Shown piece after piece: positions 12,001 to 64,000 of a stretch of DNA of 64,000 nucleotides. The notes beneath the pieces were generated by a model. The model saw only the letters and a program-made list of their open reading frames with translations, did not search any database and was not told where the DNA came from. Within the stretch, counting starts at the first letter, position 1; every line of letters begins with the position of its first letter. Source of the stretch: Podarcis cretensis (taxonomy: Eukaryota); the NCBI GenBank assembly GCA_951804945.1, contig OX638149.1, positions 113,894,001 to 113,958,000 on the forward strand. Reading direction: 5' to 3'. A program made the position numbers and the translations under genes.

Positions 12001-14446
12001 ATTCCTAGCTGGAGAATATACAATATACTATACATTCACTCTCAAAATGTGGATCCTTATGAAGTCAAAACAGTAGTATCCACAAAAAAGAAGAGAGATA
12101 TGAGCAGGAGTCAGGGGAAAAAAATAACTTTAAGGGAAAATAAAATTTTAAGAGGAAGAAGGAAAAACAACCAACCATGCTGTCCAGTACGAATTGATCA
12201 TGCCCAGTGGCCACAGAATACTGATGTCTATCATGGTCAGGAATGGAAAACCAGGAGGGACTGGGAAATGTATCCTGAAAGAAGGCTGGCTGGCTAGCTA
12301 GCTAGCTAGCTGGAACCCTCAACTGGAGTATTCCATGCTGGGACTTTTTGCTGCAAGTCCCACATATTGTATACAAAATGCAAAAGGGATTTACAAGCTT
12401 AAAAGTGTAGCTAGGATTTCTTTATTTCATACAACTTCAAATATGTGCATTTTTTGGGGGGACCATGCTGTTTAAAACTGAGTGGGGGTCAGGTAAAACC
12501 TTTTTTGGGGCTGATAACCAGCTCTTATACCACCAGAGGGCCAGTCTAAGGCAGCCTTCCCCAACCTGATGGCCTTTTGAAGTTGTTGGTCTGCAACTCC
12601 CCTTAGCCCCAGGCTCCCAGCCATCATAGCCAATGCTCAAGCATGATGGGTTTTGTAGTCCAAAACATCTGAAAGCTGCCAGAATGGGAAAGTGTGCTCT
12701 AAGATATGGATTATTAAAGACTGGAACGTATAATGTTAGTGATCCTTTGAAATAAACATTGGTAGGTTTCCCAGTCTGAAATCACATACTTATTAAAGAA
12801 TATTATACTAAGGTTTGGATTAAAGAGATCCTAAACATAATGGATGTAATTTTTTAAAACCTAAATATGTTCTTCTTGAATGTTCTTTTATCCTGCCTTT
12901 TCCACAAGGCATGCATGCTGGCATATATAGGTAGAATTCCCCTTTTATCTTCACAGCTACCCTGTGAGGTAGGTTAGACTTTGTCAAGGTCATCCTACAA
13001 GCTAGAAGGCTTTAGGGTGACCTTGACAAAGTCTAACCTACCTCACAGGGTAGTTTCTAGCTTGTAGGCACATTAACTGGTGCGTCCTCACCAGTCTTGA
13101 GTCCAGAATACTAACTTGCTACAGTGATACCTGCACTCTGGCTTTTTGGATTTGTGGTTTTGGTATACTTTATAGATAAGCCTGAAAAAGTGAGTCTAGG
13201 TTCCGTTTTGGAGGCAGCTATGGAATAATTTATGCCCTTTGGAGCAAAACTTGGACCAGTTACATAATGATAACTAATGAGCTACTCGATCAAAATGTTA
13301 GTAATGGCTCCTCTGAGCTATCCCTTCTCAGTCTCTTAATTAAGGTTATTTAGAACTTTTGAAACTGTGGGTTAATTTTCAAAGTAGGTTGTCATGAAAT
13401 GTGTATAATGAATGCACACATCTTGTTTGATCATGAAATGAAATAGATTTTCATGTTGTAGAAGTAGACTTATTGAAACAAAAAATCGGTGGTCTCTTTT
13501 TAAAATGGTTTACTAATTTATTACCATAATGTTGTCTCTTCGCAAATAGCAACATGCAGTACTTTGTTTCTGTGCCCAATACAAATACACTTTGTGATTC
13601 AAACAAGGTAAAATTAGTGTGACCATGAGCAATACATCCTGTTTTTATACCACCTTGCTCAGCTAACACATCCAGCTTTTAAGTCCATGATTGCCACCAG
13701 CTTAGCATAGCACACTCCCATCTCTTTCTGTTCATTTCACATTAGTGCCCAAAGTTGTAATTTCTGTTCCTGGGGCAGTCTCCCAGTTCTATGCCACATC
13801 TGTCCCTCCAGTGACTCCACACCTTCCATTTGTTTTTAAACACCTGTGATGCTATGGGCCCTTCAACACTAAGGGCATGTATACAAGGCAGTTTAAAGTG
13901 AATACAATGCATCCCGTGTGTGTATGGTTGTGTGGGTTTTTTTGCTCTGATGTTCACATTGTGTTTTCCTCATCCAAGTGGCAACCTGTACTCCCCCCCC
14001 CCAAATAATTAGAATTTCCTGATCTGTGAATAATCTGAAAAGGGAAAACACACAACATAAAACCACGTTACCCAAGTGTGGATGCACTGAAGCTTTTAAT
14101 AATTGAGTGAATGCTGTGTGTCATATTGCAGGGTGTGTGTGTCTGTAGTCTCTTCATAGCCAAAATATAATGACCCCCTGTATACAGCAGTGATCTGGAC
14201 ACAGAGTTGGAGGCATCAGATGGGGAGCCAGGTTTTGGTCAAGACCAGGAACTGACTGTGGAAAATAGGGAATTGATTGCTCCTGAGGCAGTTGGACAAG
14301 AACTCCCAGAGGAACCTCTCAGACCACCAGGGCCTATAAGGCCAGAGCGTGGACCCTTGCAAACATCTTCTCCTGAGCCTGAAGAACCAGATGACCCCCA
14401 CCACGCATGGCCAGTCCAGCAGCTCCAGGAGTGCATCAGGAGGGAG

Positions 14447-14730
14447 CAGAGGCGTAGCTAGGGATTGTGGGGGGGCACTGGTGGCACACCATGGGGGTGG
14501 CACTTGTTGCAGGGCCTGTATGTAGGGCACCTGAGCCACGTGTCTCTCCTGGGAGTGACATAGTGGCTTGGATGCCTTCAGGCTCTGCACTGCCCAAACG
14601 GCAGCATGTGGCTTGTGTCTGCCCACCGCCTCATGCCTCTCTTTCAGGCTTCTGCCCTACAGCTGAGGGGGAGGTGGTGGGCGGACTGCCTGCAAGCTCT
14701 GTGCTGTCCAAGCGGCTAGCAACACCACTG
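14447..14730. mobile_element. Non-autonomous hAT MITE
   Basis: Imperfect TIRs CAGAGGCGTAGCTAG / CTAGCAACACCACTG; perfect 8-bp TSD GGAGGGAG (14439-14446, 14731-14738). Confidence 0.8.
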
Positions 14731-15546
14731 GGAGGGAGGCTATGGAACAAAGGAGGGGAGCCCATCTTCAGGCTAGATGGTTGGCCCTTTAAGGCTCTGA
14801 AATTTTCTCAAGTGGGTGGAGCCTGAAGGAGGTAGTCTGGAGACAGAGACAAAGTCTCAGTCAGCTTTCAAGTTGCTCACTTGGAGCTGTCCGTGGTCTG
14901 CCAGCTGTCCTATTTTCCTTGCGGGTTTCAGCACTAAACCAGGGCACAACACACACTTGGTACCTGCAAGCTCTTTTGCGTTAAAGGAGGCAAGGTAGGG
15001 GCAGCAGGCACAGCAGCTGTGGAAATTGGCCTCTCAATGATGTGTAGTGAAACTTTTATTTCCCTGACCTAGTCCTGACTACCTTGCTACGAAAAATCCC
15101 CTATCTGAAGTTGCTGTTTGTATTTCAAGGAAAGCTGCCACTGGTGACTTCTCTTGAAATGCAAGTAGTACCTTCGGGAAGGCCATTTTTGTCAGGACTG
15201 TGGCAGGGAAATAAAGACTTAATCTCTTTCCCCCTTGCCCACCATATAATCCCAAGGCTGCTCAGGCTTCCACACGACTCCTTTTTTAATTTACATCATA
15301 AAAAACTCTGCACATCAATTGGATTCACACATTTAATATCATGGCCAGTAAACTGGCTCTAAGTGGTTACCTTCACTCCAGAACTTGTGGTCATAGGGCT
15401 CCAGGGTTGGTTGTTGAACAAGCCAAGGTATTTGACAAGGATGTGGATTTCAATATTCGTTTAACACAGAAATGAACCTGAATCCTGATTATGCATGCAA
15501 GCTAATTGCCAGATTCCAAAAGAGGTTTGCTGGCCCTTAAACTGCT

Positions 15547-15908
15547 TGGCGCTGTGGGTTAAAGCCTCAGCGCCTAGGGCTTGCCGATCGAAAGGTCGGC
15601 GGTTCGAATCCCTGCGGCGGGGTGCGCTCCCGCTGCTCGGTCCCAGCGCCTGCCAACCTAGCAGTTCGAAAGCACCTCCGGGTGCAAGTAGATAAATAGG
15701 GACCGCTTACCAGCGGGAAGGTAAACGGCGTTTCCGTGTGCGGCTCTGGCTCTGGCTCTGGCTCTGGCCAGAGCAGCGATGTCACGCTGGCCACGTGACC
15801 CGGAAGTGTCTCCGGACAGCGCTGGCCCCTGGCCTCTTAAGTGAGATGGGCGCACAACCCCAGAGTCTGTCAAGACTGGCCTGTACGGGCAGGGGTACCT
15901 TTACCTTT
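15547..15908 (+). mobile_element. Sauria SINE (Squam1) with internal (GGCTCT)n expansion
   Basis: Same family as 2820; internal GGCTCT x4 at ~15742-15765; no TSD visible; ~370 bp past ITGAV exon 20. Confidence 0.92.
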
Positions 15909-16274
15909 TATCATGAAGGAACTGAGATGCAGAGGCAAGAAAGCCACTTGCCCACCAAGTGAAAGTTTGGGCTACACTGAACTAGCGCTTGATGAGAGTG
16001 TATGACATGGTAGAAAGAACTATGGTTTGGGATGTGGGAGACCCAGGTTCAAATCCATGCTTAGGAGCCTGAAGCTCAATGAATGGTCTTGTCTAAAGCT
16101 CACTGTAGTTGCACAGACCTGTTTCCCTAGCAGTCTTATTCCATGTCCCATTTGTAATGTACAGATCTTCTGATCATGTGAGCAGCCCACTCATATTGCT
16201 GCTTCCCACATCAATTGTTTGAAACACAAACTTGTTGCAATAAATTCTGCTCACAGCGTACTCACTAGACTTAC

Positions 16275-58473
<42,199 letters not shown>

Positions 58474-59828
58474 CTGCAGGAAACAAATGAAGAAGCAAAC
58501 AGTTTAGGAATCCTCATTATGCCACTGAAGGAAATGGATTCAAGTGTAGTATGGCAGCTACTGTAATGTTAGGTAGGGCTAGAACCATAGCTAGGACCAT
58601 GTAGAAGCCAGAAGATTGAGGTGGGATTGTTTGAGGCCCTGTTTGCTCTTCCTTCTATAGTCAGATTTGCTGCATAGAACAACTTGTGGTCCACCGAGCC
58701 AAATGCTACCCCACCAGCCATACGTGAGAGTCTAGCCCATCTAAACATTGTGGTTTTGCTGCCCAGCTGAGACTAGAAAAATGGTGGCTCGAGTAGGGGG
58801 TCAATCACCTGGCAGAGCACATGGCTCATGGGCTGTAGTCATCTTGGTGGGTCACCATTAGGGAGGTCTTGTCCCATGAGATTTTTTATCACCACAAAAA
58901 ATTCAGAGCCAGTGTGACTCTCCCCCAGATTCCTATGGAAAGTCCAGAAGCAGGACATGAGAACAGCAGCACTCTTCCAACTTGTGAATCGCAGCAACTG
59001 ATATTTACAGGCATACAAACCAACTCCTAGGGGCCAAGGGGGCTTCGGCCTCCACAACAAAATATTTGAGGGGGCTGGGCCTTCCCATTCAAAGGGTGTG
59101 TGCGTGCACTACATTGTGTGACTGATTATGCGGGATGGGGCTTTCCTGGGTCCCCACAATATTTTATTCAAGTTGGCCCCCCTGTTTACAGGCATACCTG
59201 TGAGACCTAAGATTTCAGCATGAGGGCGACATCCCCTTAAGAGAACTTCTCAGGGGCTAAATGTCAGTGGTGGGCAGGCCTAGAGGCAAAAAGTGGGAGC
59301 AATGAATGTGAGTCTTACCATGCAGTATCAGGGACAGGTAATATGGAACCTGAGTGAGGATAAACTTTGGCGCCCCCCCCCCCCCCCATATTTCCTATTT
59401 TCACAATAAGTCTTTTTGGTACAGTTGCTTTTTAAATGGATCTTCTCAGTAGGTACCCGTATAAATATACATGTTGCTGTTGCTGTTGTGATTTTGCACA
59501 CCCTTGGCTCAGCACCCTGTGTGAGGGAACTGTGCTCGGTGCCCTAAATCTGGCACTACCTTCTAGCAAAACAAAGCTCAGAGGTTTCTGCTCTCACACA
59601 CATCTCCATCCCTTATCCAGGCAAGCAAGAGGCATTATCACACTTCAAGGACACATTCCAGTCAGTAAGCCATGTAGCCTTTGAAGCCCAAAGACCAGAT
59701 TAAAAGGCCTATAGGACTGCATGAAGGCCACCAGGCCTGAGGTTATCTTTCTCTCTGACCTAGGCTCAAAATGTGCTGGAATGGCAAAAGTTGCAACTTG
59801 CTTACCCCACCTCAACCAAAACGATATA

Positions 59829-60079
59829 CAGTCATTCCTTGGCTCCCGAACGCCTTGGGAGTCGAATGTTCCAGCTTCCAAACAATCGAAAACGGGAAGT
59901 GAGTATTATGGTTTTCAAACGTTCTTTTGGAAGCCGAACGTCTGACAGGGCTTCTGTGGCTTCTGATTGGCTGCAGGAAGCTCCTGCAGCCAATCAGAAG
60001 CCACACTTTGGTTTTCAAATGTTTTGGAAGTCGAACGGACTTCCAGAACTGATTCTGTTCGACTTCTGAGGTACGACTG
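59829..60079. mobile_element. Tigger-like MITE
   Basis: TA|CAGTCATTCCTTGG...GAGGTACGACTG|TA; internal palindrome GATTGGCTGCAGGA..TCCTGCAGCCAATC. Confidence 0.75.
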
Positions 60080-62274
60080 TACAGGGCTGGACTGTAAGAC
60101 ATAAGAACGTAAGAAATGCCTGTTGGATCAGATCACTGGCCCATCTAGTCCAGCATCCTGTTTCACAATGGCCAAAAAGATGCCTGTGGGAAGTCTGCAA
60201 GCTACACATGAGCACTCTGCCTGTCTGCATTTTCCAGCACCTGGTATTCAGAGGCATAATGCCTCTGACAGTGCAGATAGACAGACCACAAAGAAGAAGT
60301 CTACATGGCAGATGAGCCTTGCATGATGTTTCCACACAACAGATGTTTCCATGTGCTGTGTTTGAGCAACCAGCAGCATATGAGGTTTAGTGATCTTCTA
60401 AGTTGAAGGGAATGAGTCTTTAAATTCCATGGCATTCAATATATTCCAAAGCTATTCTGGCCTTCAACTCCTCCCCCAGCAAACACACTTTAAGCGCAAA
60501 CAAATCTACTCCAAAAATAAAACAAACAGCCTCCTGCAGTCATTAGAATATATCATGTTCCTTGTACTCAAGGAAAGTCTCTCCTGCTCTCCTTCCACTT
60601 CAAGCAACATGCCTCTATAAATCATCAGGCATATTCCCCTTAATTCACAACATCTCTGCTCAAATCTACTCTCCAGAACAAATACCCTCAGCTATTCAGT
60701 CTCACTTACTTCTGATGTTTTGATTTGGCAAATCTTGGCCGTGACAGTATTGAAATGACAGCTTAAAATAGAAAAGAAGCAGTCAAACAAAAACACCATA
60801 ATATCCCAATTCTGATGTTGACTATGCCAGGAAATAAATGCAAAACATATGGCAAATAAACTGCTCTACCCACTGCAGCGACTTACAGCGCAACATTTTG
60901 CCAGGGACATCAACACTGTCCAACACAAATGTTTAGGATTGGAGTGTTGCATGTTGATCCTACAGATATCAGCAGATGCAGTGGTGAGCCACAGAGTGTG
61001 CTGTGTGCCAACACAAAATTGCCACATACCAAAAGGATTATGGCTCCTCTCTCTTTCAGAGGAAGTCGGAAGTTCCACAGGTACAGTTTGCTTACCACCA
61101 TGTGAACAGATATAAGAGAAAGGGAAAATAGTGTCCACTCCCTCTATTCCTGCCAAATTTCAATTGTTTCACTTTTATCCCAGAATTAGTATTTGCATGC
61201 TTTCAGAACATAAGATTCCTCCTCTATTTCTTTCTTAACAACTGCTGAATTTGCAAAACTGAAACCATGGCTTATGTCTTCAGCAATCGGAACTGTGTGT
61301 AGACAAATATCCAACTAAGTTTGTGCCATGTACACACCTTGCTTATTTGGACTGCTAGTCAAGTTTATACCTTGGGCATGTTTATATCATTAAACATGTA
61401 GAAATGGTTCTGTGGTTCACTGGATCCCCAGCCAAGTAGATGAATCCCAATTATTTTAATAGAGCTTTTTTCCAAGTCTTTGTTCCTTGGCATCAGAGTT
61501 CAGGAAAATTATATATACAATGAGTCATGCTGTACTACATATAACAAGGCAAGTCAACTATTCTAAGAGCATGATATCCAACTAAGTTGTACTCAGAGTA
61601 GACCCATTGAAATCAATGGACTTTAGTTGGTTAAGTTTGTTAATTTCTATGGCTCCATCCTGAGTACAAATAGCATCGGATACCACCATTCATTTCGTTT
61701 TTGCCTGGGGCACAATTCATCTAAAGAATAACAAAAGGAGGAGCAACGTTCACCAAGGGAAAACAGTGAAGCAAAATGGTCAGTCATCAAGCTTCTGCAA
61801 AGTAGGAACGTAAGAAGACTTCTGGATCAGAGCAAAGGCCCTTCTGGTCCAGCATCCTGTTCTCTCAGTGGCCAGCCCCATGCTCATGGAAAGCAGCAAG
61901 CAGGACATACAAGCATACATACATCCTTTTATTCACATGCCACCTTTCCACAGTTCAAACCATGCTCAAGGTGGCTTCCAACATGAAAAAACATAAATGA
62001 CTACAACTAGGGCTTGGTGATGTATCAATACATCACCCAAAATCGGTTTTCACTATCCCTATCATGATAATGGTTTCATAATATCTGACATGGTGATATC
62101 ACAAATCACAATGTGTGTGTGTTTGAGTGCTATATAAAAAATTGTGATGGGGGGAAATAATGGAGCCGGTCATAACTTCTCTCATGATTTCTGCTGCCCC
62201 TGCTGCTTATAAAATAGCAGTTTTAACAGTATGCTAAAGGTAAGTAAAAATGTATCAGTTTTAGACCCCTATGT

Positions 62275-62471
62275 CAGAGTTTTTCAAACTTTTCATGGTG
62301 GTGGCACATTTTTCAGACACGCATCATTTCGTGACACAGTAATTCAGTTTTACTAGCACAACGGAGGTTAAACTAACCCCCTCTCAGTCCCAGGAGGAGT
62401 GTTCGCATGACACACCTACACACTGCAGCCGACACACTAATGTGTCGCAACGCACAGTTTGGAAAGCTCTG
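62275..62471. mobile_element. hAT MITE nested in an older TAGGGCT-ended DNA element (~62008-62619)
   Basis: TIRs CAGAGTTTTTCAAAC / GTTTGGAAAGCTCTG; TSD CCCTATGT/CCCTAAGT. Confidence 0.78.
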
Positions 62472-63759
62472 CCCTAAGTAGTAGCAGTTGCCAGGACATT
62501 ATCCTGTTTGCCTCTACATAGTTACATCCTTATTTCAGACATCGTGATCTATCGCTATATACCACTGTGTTCAGCTGATGATATATCACAATGTTGAAAA
62601 CCAGATATCGCCCAGCCCTATCTACAACTTAACAAAAGCATTCATAAACAATAAATTAAACATTAAAAGTTACAAAACTAAACTGAACAATTTCCACATA
62701 AATCACAACAAAATCTAAAATAAAGTTACAAAAAACCAACAGCACCCCCCCTAAAAAAAACAAAAAAACAAAAAGACCTCAGCCCATGAGTCTGTTCAGC
62801 AGCCTCAGCTTTTGTAGTTGGAGTCAGTCCGGCCCGCACCCTCCCATGCCAGGTGGGAAAAGGCCTGTAAGGCAGGGAGCAGGTCTTCCAGGACTCACAG
62901 CCAGGATGGACTTGAACACAACGGCACTCTCCCCTCCTGTGGCTGGAGGTTGAGCATATCAATCAAGGCTAGTAGCCAACTGATAGCCCTATCTTCCAAT
63001 AATTTATCTAATCCTTGTGAGGTCTCCCTGCTCCTTCTTTGAATGATTCATACAAGTTGTGCTAGATGCCCATAATCAAAACAACTGCCACTTATTAAAC
63101 CGTCAGATATTGTAAGTTATCAGACTTCTGTCAAGATAAAGCAGGTCTATTCAAGCTATCATCCACAAGCCCAACAGGTCAACAAACATGCGTTGTGGGC
63201 TGCAGGCACTTCCCCTCCCCAATCCTGGCCCCCAGTTTTGCAGGCAGGAAGCACAAGGGTGTGATTTATCTCACCACTGGTGGTACGCTCATACATGATT
63301 GATGGACTAGGTTCAGCTTGAGGGGCCACTACTAAGCACTTCATTGTTATCAAGATGCTTGCAAATTGACTGCTTCATCATCTGCCTTAGGATCTTCCCT
63401 GGTACTGATGTCAGAATGACAAGTCTGTTACGGTATTTCCTGGATCCTCCCCCACTCTCCCACTTCCCAGCCCTGTTTTTTTTTTTTTTTTTTTACTATT
63501 TGGGCAACATTTGCCTATCTCCAGTCCTGCGGCATCTCAAGATGATAGACAGCAAGCTCTTTGTACTACCCAGGCATACCAAGTTCTATACATCAAGGTT
63601 TCGGGGAATTTCCTGAATTCCTCCTGCAATTCATCATGCAAAACTGCTCTCCTGAGTTCCTGCAGAACAAACCACTGTAAGCAGAAGCTGCTAGTGATCT
63701 GTTTTCCTTCATCATACTTGGTCATAAGCATAGCTTTCCTCCTACCTACATTATGTGTA

Positions 63760-63985
63760 CAGTCGTGCCTCGGGTTAAGTACTTAATTCATTCCGGAGGT
63801 CTGTTCTTAACCTGAAACTGTTCTTAACCTGAAACACCACTTTAGCTAGTGGGGCCTCCTGCTGCTGCCGTGACGCTGGAGCACGATTTCTGTTCTCATC
63901 CTGAAGCAAAGTTCTTAACCCGAGGTACTATTTCTGGGTTAGCGGAGTCTGTAACCTGAAGCGTATGTAACCCGAGGTACCACTG
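63760..63985. mobile_element. Tigger-like MITE
   Basis: TA|CAGTCGTGCCTCGGGTTA ... TAACCCGAGGTACCACTG|TA. Confidence 0.82.
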
Positions 63986-64000
63986 TATAATGTACACATA

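Noticed and set aside
11857-12005. Minus-strand exon-like segment
   Set aside because: Stops in all three frames and no ITGAV similarity.
15371-15477. AG/GT-bounded minus-strand segment as a possible ITGAV exon 21 (VHFCVKRILKSTSLSNTLAC...stop)
   Set aside because: No similarity to exon 21, weak polypyrimidine tract and an in-frame stop; at most a cryptic exon.

Overview
Eukaryotic (vertebrate) genomic DNA, almost certainly from a squamate and most likely a lacertid lizard, judging by young Sauria/Squam1 SINEs plus BovB, L2, L1, CR1, Penelope and hAT/Tigger MITEs. The minus strand carries 19 consecutive, intact, in-frame exons (orthologous exons 2-20) of integrin alpha-V (ITGAV) between 58473 and 16275; exon 1 lies beyond the right edge. 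At the left edge, also on the minus strand, are the CpG-island promoter and first coding exon of ZC3H15 (91-8). The main anomaly is that I cannot find ITGAV exons 21-30 (rest of calf-1, calf-2, transmembrane helix, GFFKR tail) in the 16 kb between exon 20 and ZC3H15. The order ITGAV->ZC3H15 is also the reverse of the usual amniote order ZC3H15->ITGAV->FAM171B. This points to a tandem segmental duplication leaving an intact but 3'-truncated ITGAV copy, or to a mis-assembly. Such a copy could encode a secreted alpha-V headpiece, or an in-frame ITGAV-ZC3H15 read-through, because both junctions are phase 0. Other notable items: a D150E change at an RGD-contact position, a Penelope element with a minimal hammerhead ribozyme and a 132-bp fold-back mini-Penelope, a chimeric in-frame L2 ORF with two YADD motifs, a G:U-biased 170-nt hairpin, and a template-switch inversion. 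All calls were made by eye with no database searches.
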